Positions 13,943 through 26,200 of a DNA stretch of 64,000 nucleotides are shown one piece after another. The translations under genes and the position numbers were made by a program. The first letter of the stretch is position 1; the number at the start of each line of letters is the position of its first letter. This stretch comes from Malacoraja senta (taxonomy: Eukaryota): the NCBI GenBank assembly GCA_038087875.1, contig JAXLNO010002555.1, forward strand, positions 1 to 64,000, written 5' to 3'. A model generated the notes under the pieces. That model was not told where the DNA came from and did no database searches. It saw only the letters and a program-made list of their open reading frames with translations.

Positions 13943-14522
13943 TGTATATTCTTTCCACTGACTGGTTAGCATGAAACAAAAGCTTTTCACTGTACCTCAA
14001 TACATGTGACAATAAACTAAACTAAAGCTTTTGTGTAAATCAGTATCTGCATCTCTTTCTTTCTACAATTTTCCTGATAATGCCCTGATAATGCACTTTA
14101 TTGTTTTGTTATTACTTAAATGTTCTGCCATTATTGAAAGGAATCCAGCATTTTCCCCAAAACAAATGTTAGTTTATATAGGGTTAAAGCTTTCTGCTTT
14201 CAATTCACCTTCTTTCATGAATTAAGTTGTGGCTGTGATGGTGCCATATATCATAGTTGTACAGAACATATATTGTCCCTTTGCCATGCTGCAGAACTCC
14301 GTGATTCAAAACACCATATCATCTTATATACCTTGAAAAGCGCCAAATATAGACACAAAATGCTGGAGTAACTCAGCGGTCAGGTAACATCTCTGGAGAA
14401 AAGGAATAGGTGGCATTTCGGGTCGAGACCCTTCTTCACCCTGAAGTCTTCAGACAGTGCCCATCTATTTAGCTGCACAGCTTAACAATTGATTTGTAAA
14501 ATTATGCATTCTTATTTTTCAG

Positions 14523-14630
14523 AAGGAAATAGGAAGAAAGACAGGCACATAGGCCTTATTGCCGTGTGTGTGCTGATATTGCTGGCTATTGTCTTGGCAG
14601 TAATTGTTTGGTGGAGAAAAAAGAGGAGAG
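14523..14630 (+). CDS. MHC class I-like heavy chain, connecting peptide/transmembrane exon
   Basis: Acceptor CTTATTTTTCAG|, 108 nt, phase 1/1, donor AG|GTAAGA. In frame with the alpha3 exon: (E)GNRKKDRHIGLIAVCVLILLAIVLAVIVWWRKKRR, a ~21-aa hydrophobic span with a basic stop-transfer cluster and no class II-type TM glycine pattern. Confidence 0.88.
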
Positions 14631-17499
14631 GTAAGATGGAAAAATTGTGATGCACTGTTGCTAGTAAAGGTATTGGGCTTGAAGAAATGATCGATCTCAA
14701 GTAGGATAAGGCAGCAGCTACACCTGAAATGCCTCGACAGTCACCACTGTCAACTAGCCTTTGTGCTGTTGTTAAATGTTTCTGATAATCAGATATTTAA
14801 AAATTGTGAATTCAGTGTAAAAAAAAGTTAAACATTATGGATTCACTGCCCCAAATCCTAGAAATATCAATGAGTCATTAAAAAGTACAGCATGGAAGCA
14901 GTCCTTTTGGCCCACCGTGTCCATGCCAACCACCAACCACCTGTTCTCATGAATTCTATCTCATTGCACCTTCTCATCCAGTCACCCACCCACTAGGGGC
15001 AATTTACAGTGGCCAATTAAACTATAAACTGACACATCTTAGGATGTGTGAGGAAACCGGAGCCCCTGGAGGGATCCAATGCGGTTACACGGAGAACATG
15101 CAAACTCCACATAGATGGCACTCAAGGTCAAAATTGAACCCGGGTCTGTGTCGCTGTGAGGCAGCAGCTCTACGAGTTGTGACACTGTGCTGCTCTGTTG
15201 GGGGCTCGCACTGTTCATGATCCAAGTCAGCTACGAGGCAGATTGGTTGCAGTTTAACATTTACTAGCTTTGTTTAGTTTAATTTAGAGATACAGTGACG
15301 AAATAGGTCCTTAGGCCCATCGAGTCTGCGCTGACCAGCGATCCCCGCACATTAACACTACCCTATACACACACCATGCCAATTAACCTACATACCTGTA
15401 CGTCTTTGGAGTGTGGGAGGAAACCTTAGATCTCGGAGAAAACACACGCGGTCATGGGGAGAACGTACAAACTCTGTACAGACAGCATCAGTAGTCGGGA
15501 TCGAACCCGGGTCTCCGGTGCTGCAAGCGCTGTAAGGCAGCAACTCTACTGCTGCACTCAGTAGCTGCCACCAAGGCCGCTGTTGCTGGAAGACTCTATG
15601 TTTCTATGACTCAAAATTAAGTGGGAATGTGAGTAGTGGGAGAAATGGTTCAATGTGGAAAGTCGAATGAATGAGCAACAACATGACAGGTGGACTACAA
15701 TGTGAAACAGGGCAGCACAGAGCCAGAGACCTGAATTAAATACCGACATCGGCTGTTGTATCTGTAGAGTTTGCATGTTGTTCCTGTGACCATGTGGGTT
15801 TCCCCAGGTGCTCTGGTTTCCTCCCACATCCCCAAAACATGGTTTGGTAGGTTAGTTGTCCCCTAGATTGTGCATGATACAATGTGGGGAGAGCTGATGA
15901 GAATGTGGGACAAATATAGGATTAGTGTACATGAATGGTTGGTGCAGGTCAGTGGGACAAAGGCCATGTTTGTATGCTGCATATTTCCATGACTCTTTAT
16001 GATGTAGAAAGATGTTGACTATTTTTGATTTATAAGATTGGGAAAGACTGTGAGGGACAGTGCTAGAGTAACTCAGCAGGTCAGGCAACATCCCTGGAGA
16101 CCATGGATAGGTGACAATCTGGTTCGAGACTCTTCAGGCAAATTACAATGGGTATTCCTCCGCTTAAGTCTGATAGTAGTGTACAGATGCACCTCAACCA
16201 CTGACTTGCTCAACAAGTGCTTAAATTAGTTGAATTAAAGTATGTTTGGAGTAACATGCAGCAGTCCTTAAAATCTACCATTTCCCAAATCCCAAGAGAG
16301 CTGGATGATCAGGGTTTTAGTGTAAATTCAAAGTCATCTATATCACTGATTTCTTGCCTGTGATCACACTGTTGTAAGATATATTCTGGTGATGAATTGC
16401 AGTTCACTTTCCTCCTGTGTAAAGGAGTTATTGTGTTGAATATAACAAGTGGAGGGAAAGTCAGTGTAGGATTTAGAGTTTGTACGTAATGCAGCATGGT
16501 AGTGCAGCTGGTAGAACTGCTGCCTCACAACGCCAGAGACCCAGGTTCAATCTGGACCTCGGGTACTGTCTACGTGGAGTTTGCATGTTCTCCTTGTGAC
16601 TATGTGGGCTTCCTCAGGGAGCTCCGGTTTCCTCCCATATCCCAAAGATGAGCAGGTGTGCAGGTAATCATCCTCGGTAAGTCACCCTGATAGTGTAGGG
16701 GGTGGATGGGAAATCTATTATGAATGGGTGATTGCTGGTTAGTATGGATTTGGTGGCACAAATGGCCTGTTTACACACTGTATCACTGTTTTCAAGAGAG
16801 AGTTAGATTTAGCTCTTAGGGCTAAGGGATTCAAGGGATATGGGGAAACAGCCAGATCGGAGTATTAATTTTGGATGATCAGCCATGATTGTATTGAATG
16901 GCGGTGCTGGCTCAAAGGGCCGAATAGCCTATTCCTGCACCTATTTTTTTATGTTTCTATCTTTCTATTAAATAAACTAAATTGGAAGACAGAAGGTATT
17001 TACTGATGCATCTTCACACCAGCTGTAAATGTCATAAACTGTGAGAATTGATTGCAAATGTTATACAATATTATAAACTAAACTGGGTGATCAAAATGAC
17101 AAGATGGATGAAGAGCAGAGTTTTCATTGAAATAACAGACGTGCAGCTTTCTCGAGCACTTGGCCTTGGTTGTGTATAATTTCCTCTTCAAAATACAATG
17201 TTCCCTGGCATTTCTGGTCTGAGGCACCATTCAGCAAGTATATTTCCTGAAACGGAGGTTCTGCTTTCATGGTATCAAGATGTCCAACAGCTCCAGCACC
17301 CAGATCAGAACCTTGCCAAAACTAAGAATGCAGCAACAATTTAGTCATTGAACATCAACGACATGCATATTTGAACTGAGGCAATGGTTAGCTTATTATC
17401 ACTGTAAACCAGTCGTGGTCATGGGTCTGCCATTGTGGTCACTATTAGTGAGGGTGATTAACTATCATGTAGCAGTGAAACGGAAAAGAATTGGCTTTT

Positions 17500-18042
17500 C
17501 AAGCCCACGGAGCCATAGAGTCATACGGCATGGAAATGGCCACCTCAACTTGGCCATGTCAACCAAGATGCCATGTTTAAACTACAATTTACCTGCAATT
17601 GACCCATATCTCACTGAACCTTTCCTATCTACAGTATGTACCTGTCCAAGTGTGTTCTAAATGTTTTTTAATACCTGCCTCAACTCCTTCTGCTGGAATG
17701 TTCTTCCATATTCCCACTTCCTCTGGTTCCGAGTAACTCGTTTCCTTCTCACCTTAAACCTAAGTCCTCTGGTTCTTGATTACACAAGGCTGGTTAAAAG
17801 ATTCCGTGCATTCAATCTATCTATGCTCCTTGATTTTATAAACTTCTATAAGATCACCCCTCAGCCTCTTGCGTGCCAAGGACTAAAGTCCAAGCATTCT
17901 CATCCTCTCCCTGAATCACAGGCCCTGTTAATGACATCCTTCCGATAGTGGAGTGACCAAAACTTAACACATTACTCCAAATGTGACCTCACCAACATCT
18001 TGTACAACTGTAGCAGAACATCCCAACTTTTTTATTCAGTAC
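17500..18042 (-). mobile_element. CR1 LINE fragment with SINE-like tail
   Basis: Reverse complement of CR1 ORF2 end motifs (GGGGTGATCTTATAGAAGTTTATAAAATC; GTGAGGTCACATTTGGAGTAATG). Confidence 0.75.
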
Positions 18043-18189
18043 CTTTCTTTTAAAATCTTTTTATTGTTTTTTTTCAAAAAAACAAAAACAAAAATAAAAC
18101 ATAAAAAACAGAGCAAAAAGAATAATGATAAACATAACAATGGTATTGATACATAGGGATCATGATTACATTAATAACAGGTATAAACT
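18043..18189 (-). mobile_element. 3' end/polyA of the old minus-strand L1, separated from its body by the DIRS insertion
   Basis: TTTTTATTGTTTTTTTT on + is AATAAA plus polyA on the minus strand. The A-rich 3'UTR-like sequence continues on the far side of the DIRS at 23210 and 27398 and runs into the L1 ORF2 end at 27730. Confidence 0.7.
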
Positions 18190-21100
18190 AATAGTAAGAT
18201 TAAACGAGAACTTACCTAAGTTTGAAGTTTGATCTTTATTTTATGAGGAGTTACGTAGGTGATTACGTGAAGAACCCCGCCAGTGCGCCAATCTTCAAAG
18301 CAGCGGTGTGAAATCACAAAAAACAACAACCGAAGTAATATAGTCTCATAATAAAACGAGTAATACAAGAACTTCAATCTGACCTTTATGATAGAGGGTA
18401 GGGTCATGGCGGGCACGTAATCACCTACGTAACTCCTCATAAAATAAAGATCAAACTTCAAACTTAGGTAAGTTCTCGTTTAATCTTACTATTTTACTTC
18501 GGAGTCACGTGAGTTACTACGTGAAGATTTTAAAGCTTTGTGATTTCATGCCGTAGATCAATCCCGGCTTCTCACTGCATAGATTGACTCGGAACGAGAA
18601 TAATCAATCATGCATTCATAATAACATTTGTACCACAAATGCAGTCATTCATTTCAATAATGAAATTAATCAGATCCCCTTTAAACCAGAGGAATTTACA
18701 CAGAACTTAAAATAGTTTCTGCACACAATCCCGCATTAACAATAGGCCGATGGTAAAATTGTTGAAACATCAACTCATTGGACCATCTGGCGGCTGCGAG
18801 GATATGGTCGACGGGGACGTCTTATGCCCTGGCCGCCGACATTTCTGCTGCCCTAGTCGAGTGAGACGTAAAAACATAAGTGTTAATATCAGCAGCTGTT
18901 ATGACTTCTTTTATCCATCAGGAAATAGTCTGTATTGAAACTCTCTTGTGTGGTTTCTTGTGTGTGATTAACAACCCAGTTTCCGTATTTCTTAAATGCT
19001 TTGTGACCTCAATGCATTGTCACAAATATGTCTTAACACAGAGACAAGGATCATTTGGATATGCTGCTAGCATAATTTTAAATCCTGTCACACCTGGCCT
19101 AATTTGCTTTAATAGGTCATAGATATAGAATGTAACCTTGTCTTCAGTTACTTCCATACTGTCTATTTGTAATTTTCTAAGTGTTTGCACTCGTTGTGCA
19201 GTCACTCATGCCATAAGCATGAATACTTTCATCCTGAGCTTGACCAAAGGTAAAGACACACTTGGTGACCATTCACGAAGTAGTTTCAGTACCACACTTA
19301 CATCCCAGATTGTCATGTACCTAGGTTTCGGTGGTTTGGAATTAAAGATTCCTTTCATTAGTCTGGAAAGAATTGGGTGTGACCCAATTGGGTTTATTTC
19401 TGAATCCAGAACCAAATATGAGGGCAATGCACTTATGGCTGAATTAATTGCACTACAACTCAGACCTTCATCATAATAGAGTTTTGACAGATTTTCTAAA
19501 CATTTGAAATATCTGCAGTACTATATTGCAAATTCTTTTGTACACAGAACTTTTCCCATTTCTTAATATAAGAAAGGTACTGTTTTTGGAGTGCTCTTCC
19601 TCCAGGCTGCCGTAAGCATGTCCACAGTACGCTCAGACAGTCCTCGCCCCAGAAAAGGCCTTCTTAAACCTGCAAATCAACAAATCCAAACAATCATTAG
19701 ATTAGATAGATTAGATTAGATAGCCCTTTATTGTCATTCAGACCGAAGTCTGAACGAAATTGCAACAGTCATACATAAAACAACAATAAACACATATTAA
19801 CATCCACCACAGTGAGTCCACCCAACATCTCCTCACTGTGATGGAGGCAAAAGTCTTAGGTCTGCAGTCTCTTCCCTCCTCTTCTCCCTCTGCGCTGAGG
19901 CAATACCCCCCGGGCGATGTTTCCCGCGGCTCAAACACCGCGGCCCGGGGTGGTCGATATAATGGATGTTGTTTCCCTGTTACAGGGTGCAGCAATAAAT
20001 TACTCCTTTTGGGGACTTTCATCAACATTTGTGTTGTTAATTCTAATATCAACAGATACCATGGCTGTGTAGGCCAATCTGGTATTACCAATACACCTGA
20101 ATCAGCATCTTGCCTGACTTTAAGCAAACACTGGCTTATAAGGCAGAAAAGTGGAAATATATATGACAACATATCACTCCAATGTAGCGAGAAAGAATCA
20201 ATCGCCACTGCTCCTGGATCTGATTCACATGAGACATATCTCGATAGCTGATGATTCAGCCTAGATATAAACAAGTCAATGTTGGGCATTCCAAATCTGA
20301 TTACTATATCATTGAATACCTCTCGATTCAACATCCATTCTTATTATCATGGAACTTTCGTGACCTGGTGTCTGCTATCGTGTTCATTCTACCTGGTAGA
20401 TAGATAGCTGAAATCCAAATATTCTTTTCAATACACCCAGTCCAAAGTTGATTAGCCATTTTGTCACATGACCCTGACTTGATTTCATCCATATCATTAA
20501 TATAGGCAATTGCTGTTGTGTTTATCAATCTGAACTTGGACATGCCTTTTAGTTGTGTTAGAACAATAACCTTGGAGTCCATAGAAACATCCTAAAACTC
20601 CAAATAGTTAACTCCCCATGTCTGCAGTAACAATGACTCTTCCTGATTCCATCTGCCTCCGCAGCTAGATGCTAAGTCAGTTTCACCCCATCCTAGTGTA
20701 CTGGCATCTGTTTGTAATATCATGGAAGGTTTGTTCAATCAGCACTCTGCTGGAACTGCTTGAGACATGTAGAATCCACCACTGCAGATCAGAAACAGCA
20801 TTTGTTGTCAGTTGCATGGTTCTATCAAAATGACCAACATGCATTCTCAGTGCCTGTTCTTTAACTCTCTGCAGCTGTTGATAATGTAATGGTCCGAATT
20901 GGACTGCTGGGAATGCTGCTACTAATTTTCCCAGTACTCAAGCCACCTGTCTGATTGAGGGGTTTTGCTCGTTTACCAGATTACTGCAATCTTTAATCAA
21001 CTCCACCCTTTTTTCACTGGGCAAAGTAATTTTCATTTGGACTGAATCAATTGTGAACCCCAAATAATCAATCGAGGTACATGGTGTTAACCTTGATTCC

Positions 21101-23209
21101 TTTGGATGAATTAGAAACCCCAAACTTTCAAAAGTTGATTTCACAACTGCCACAGATGCTTCTGTTGACTGTTTTGTCCTTCCTATTATCAGCACATCAT
21201 CCAAAATATGCCACTAGTACATGCCCCTGGCTTCTTAGCAACCCCAGAACTGGTTTTAATAATTTTGTGAATATTCTGGGAGCGGACGTTAACCGATTAG
21301 GCAAAGCTTTGAACTGCCATAACTGGTTCATCCATGTAAATTTAAGATACTGAATATGTATCTTTTAAATCTATAGTTGCCTTATGACATGCTTCTGAAA
21401 TAAGTTGTTTGGCAGTCACAAATATCTCTTTTAAAATGTTTAAATTAAACAAAAGGATTCAGACTTGTCAAGTCTAGAATAATCCCACATCCTCAATCCT
21501 TTTTTGATCGATGGAATATATTTAACACAAATTGGTGAATTTGGTAGACTGATTCTTCAATAACACATTTTATATATAGGGTTTGAAACGCAGCTTGAAC
21601 CTCCATCACTTCTTTTTGTGCAAACCATATGACAATTACAGCAGGAAAACAGGCCATCTCGGCCTTTCAAGTCCATGCCGAAGAAGTGGAGAATTCTGCT
21701 AGGAACATGCTGGACAGGCAAATCATAATTTGGATTGAATTCAATTCGAAATCCTTGTATACTATTCAGAATTACCACATCTGAAGTAATCTTCCAATTG
21801 TTTATAGAAGAGACATAATCTGCCGCCAACTTTTGGACTTAATCCAGTTAGTATGTTCCCATGAGAACCAGGTCCACCTACCTCTTGAGTCATTTGAGTA
21901 CTCTGAGATTCCTGGATTCTCCCGGAAGCACCCTCACTGGTTCTTGCTCCCGCTGCAGGCCGCCAGCTACGTCCCTGCGTTAATGTGCGACTTGGTCCTG
22001 TCCAGGATCCGTATGACATCTGAAAGGATATTCCGCTTTACAGACTTTTCAACCATTGATGTTTTCATCAATCCTGTTTTCGCTTCATCTTCCAACTCTT
22101 TAACACATCTCTCGAGATCCTCTCCAAAGAGTAAGTTGGGTAATTGTACATTACTTGGTTTGCAGAGTGCTGCGAATTTCGGATTCATAATAGGCCGTAT
22201 AGCACCTTTCCTCGGACAATTGATCTCGAAGTGGGTGCTGCATAGCAACCCCAGTGCTTTCTGATGCAACTCCGTCATCTCTTGGCTTTTATCCGCTATT
22301 CTGGCAAAGCAGTTATTCCAGCAGCTTTAATATTCTCTGCCATTTCAATTCTTGAGTTCTCATAATCATACTCAACTCATATTTTCTTGCATTCTCATTC
22401 ATTTCCTGCTGTTCCAGCTGATGGGAAACCAAGTAATTTATTAGGGAGGCCAATTCTCTTCTAATGGCTCTCCTGACTCTGACGGGGCAGCGAATCATAC
22501 TGCCAGGGGTGGAACATCTGTACATCACGTACATCACGGCTACTGTGACAAATCACATAGAGCCTCACCGTCAGAATCAGGGTCTGAAATCTCATGACCC
22601 GTGGCACGCTCCTCATCCCTGAGGGTGCATTCTATCAGCCCTGAACCAGGAGCTGTTGAGCTGCTTCCAGCAGCTTGGTTTTCAGTACACTCTTACCTGA
22701 GTGTGCTTTGCTCCAACAGCCTATGTAGCAGGCTTTCCATTTGGGCAATACGCTTTAAAAGCAGTATCTAGCCCTGGAGCTTCCATTTCCTGGGACTCCT
22801 CCTCCGTGGCCCGTTTCAATTCGGACTTGGCCTTGCGCCCGACAGGCGTTGACTGCCCCAGGTCCACAGTCGCTATGCTCACCGCTGACGACTGTACCGG
22901 GGTTAGAGGCGGTTGGTTGCTACCCGCAGACTCCCGACTTTCCCGACTTTCTGTCGGCTGTGTCGCTCGCCTCTTCCCCCTGCCCGTTTTTTCCCATGGC
23001 ATCTGTGGAAGAAATCCCCACAGACCCACAGTAAACGGACATGAAAAAATACTAAAAAAGTTTTTACTTACCTTGTAGTTAAAAAACTACAAATCCACTG
23101 AGGAGCTCTGCTCCTCACGTCCGTTTGCGACAAGGCGTATGACGTAATGACGCGCAGGCGCACTGGCGGGGTTCTTCACATAGTCACTCACGTGATTCCG
23201 AAGTAAAAT
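18190..23209 (-). mobile_element. DIRS1-type tyrosine-recombinase retrotransposon, copy A (~5.0 kb, decayed ORFs)
   Basis: Terminal segments 18190-18290 and 23157-23209 are inverted repeats, and ICR 18414-18527 is complementary to the two joined termini. Minus-strand fragments: gag (21967-23029), RT (MDDVLII, 20938-21360), RNase H (NTTAIAYIN), methyltransferase-like (IDLFISRLNHQL..DSFSLHW) and YR (PIGSHP..KGIFNSKPPKPRY; LQIDSM..YDLLKQ.RPG). Confidence 0.95.
19697..19955 (-). mobile_element. Short retroposon 3' fragment inserted in DIRS copy A
   Basis: (TCTAA)n-like tail ATTAGATTAGATAGATTAG plus TTTATT and the hairpin core at 19804-19844. It interrupts the MT/YR region, and no counterpart is present in DIRS copy B. 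Confidence 0.75.
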
Positions 23210-26200
23210 ATGAGACCAGTGTCAAAATACACAATGAATATAGACCTCTCCATCTCTATGTAAATATAGTTAAATCTTTAAAAGGAAACATAAATGTAAA
23301 AAAAAAGCAAAGATAAAAAGACAAAAAGAAAAAGAAAAAACAAAACCCCCCTAAACTAAAAAAAAATTAAAAAAATTGGATAATAATAAAATAAGAATAA
23401 AAATAAACTGCCATAACTGGTTCATCCATGTAAATTTAAGATACTGAATATGTATCTTTTAAATCTATAGTTGCCTTATGACATGCTTCTGAAATAAGTT
23501 GTTTGGCAGTCACAAATATCTCTTTTAAAATGTTTAAATTAAACAAAAGGATTCAGACTTGTCAAGTCTAGAATAATCCCACATCCTCAATCCTTTTTTG
23601 ATCGATGGAATATATTTAACACAAATTGGTGAATTTGGTAGACTGATTCTTCAATAACACATTTTATATATAGGGTTTGAAACGCAGCTTGAACCTCCAT
23701 CACTTCTTTTTGTGCAAACCATATGACAATTACAGCAGGAAAACAGGCCATCTCGGCCTTTCAAGTCCATGCCGAAGAAGTGGAGAATTCTGCTAGGAAC
23801 ATGCTGGACAGGCAAATCATAATTTGGATTGAATTCAATTCGAAATCCTTGTATACTATTCAGAATTACCACATCTGAAGTAATCTTCCAATTGTTTATA
23901 GAAGAGACATAATCTGCCGCCAACTTTTGGACTTAATCCAGTTAGTATGTTCCCATGAGAACCAGGTCCACCTACCTCTTGAGTCATTTGAGTACTCTGA
24001 GATTCCTGGATTCTCCCGGAAGCACCCTCACTGGTTCTTGCTCCCGCTGCAGGCCGCCAGCTACGTCCCTGCGTTAATGTGCGACTTGGTCCTGTCCAGG
24101 ATCCGTATGACATCTGAAAGGATATTCCGCTTTACAGACTTTTCAACCATTGATGTTTTCATCAATCCTGTTTTCGCTTCATCTTCCAACTCTTTAACAC
24201 ATCTCTCGAGATCCTCTCCAAAGAGTAAGTTGGGTAATTGTACATTACTTGGTTTGCAGAGTGCTGCGAATTTCGGATTCATAATAGGCCGTATAGCACC
24301 TTTCCTCGGACAATTGATCTCGAAGTGGGTGCTGCATAGCAACCCCAGTGCTTTCTGATGCAACTCCGTCATCTCTTGGCTTTTATCCGCTATTCTGGCA
24401 AAGCAGTTATTCCAGCAGCTTTAATATTCTCTGCCATTTCAATTCTTGAGTTCTCATAATCATACTCAACTCATATTTTCTTGCATTCTCATTCATTTCC
24501 TGCTGTTCCAGCTGATGGGAAACCAAGTAATTTATTAGGGAGGCCAATTCTCTTCTAATGGCTCTCCTGACTCTGACGGGGCAGCGAATCATACTGCCAG
24601 GGGTGGAACATCTGTACATCACGTACATCACGGCTACTGTGACAAATCACATAGAGCCTCACCGTCAGAATCAGGGTCTGAAATCTCATGACCCGTGGCA
24701 CGCTCCTCATCCCTGAGGGTGCATTCTATCAGCCCTGAACCAGGAGCTGTTGAGCTGCTTCCAGCAGCTTGGTTTTCAGTACACTCTTACCTGAGTGTGC
24801 TTTGCTCCAACAGCCTATGTAGCAGGCTTTCCATTTGGGCAATACGCTTTAAAAGCAGTATCTAGCCCTGGAGCTTCCATTTCCTGGGACTCCTCCTCCG
24901 TGGCCCGTTTCAATTCGGACTTGGCCTTGCGCCCGACAGGCGTTGACTGCCCCAGGTCCACAGTCGCTATGCTCACCGCTGACGACTGTACCGGGGTTAG
25001 AGGCGGTTGGTTGCTACCCGCAGACTCCCGACTTTCCCGACTTTCTGTCGGCTGTGTCGCTCGCCTCTTCCCCCTGCCCGTTTTTTCCCATGGCATCTGT
25101 GGAAGAAATCCCCACAGACCCACAGTAAACGGACATGAAAAAATACTAAAAAAGTTTTTACTTACCTTGTAGTTAAAAAACTACAAATCCACTGAGGAGC
25201 TCTGCTCCTCACGTCCGTTTGCGACAAGGCGTATGACGTAATGACGCGCAGGCGCACTGGCGGGGTTCTTCACATAGTCACTCACGTGATTCCGAAGTAA
25301 AATATGAGACCAGTGTCAAAATACACAATGAATATAGACCTCTCCATCTCTATGTAAATATAGTTAAATCTTTAAAAGGAAACATAAATGTAAAAAAAAA
25401 GCAAAGATAAAAAGACAAAAAGAAAAAGAAAAAACAAAACCCCCCTAAACTAAAAAAAAATAAAAAAAATTGGATAATAATAAAATAAGAATAAAAATAA
25501 ACTGCCATAACTGGTTCATCCATGTAAATTTAAGATACTGAATATGTATCTTTTAAATCTATAGTTGCCTTATGACATGCTTCTGAAATAAGTTGTTTGG
25601 CAGTCACAAATATCTCTTTTAAAATGTTTAAATTAAACAAAAGGATTCAGACTTGTCAAGTCTAGAATAATCCCACATCCTCAATCCTTTTTTGATCGAT
25701 GGAATATATTTAACACAAATTGGTGAATTTGGTAGACTGATTCTTCAATAACACATTTTATATATAGGGTTTGAAACGCAGCTTGAACCTCCATCACTTC
25801 TTTTTGTGCAAACCATATGACAATTACAGCAGGAAAACAGGCCATCTCGGCCTTTCAAGTCCATGCCGAAGAAGTGGAGAATTCTGCTAGGAACATGCTG
25901 GACAGGCAAATCATAATTTGGATTGAATTCAATTCGAAATCCTTGTATACTATTCAGAATTACCACATCTGAAGTAATCTTCCAATTGTTTATAGAAGAG
26001 ACATAATCTGCCGCCAACTTTTGGACTTAATCCAGTTAGTATGTTCCCATGAGAACCAGGTCCACCTACCTCTTGAGTCATTTGAGTACTCTGAGATTCC
26101 TGGATTCTCCCGGAAGCACCCTCACTGGTTCTTGCTCCCGCTGCAGGCCGCCAGCTACGTCCCTGCGTTAATGTGCGACTTGGTCCTGTCCAGGATCCGT

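Noticed and set aside
11571-14630. MHC class II or W-category chain identity for the Ig-C1/TM exons
   Set aside because: The TM lacks the spaced glycines typical of class II/W alpha and beta chains, and PNNDGTY fits class I alpha3 better than the class II beta NGDWT motif. A B7-H6/tapasin-like identity is less likely but not formally excluded without the upstream exons.
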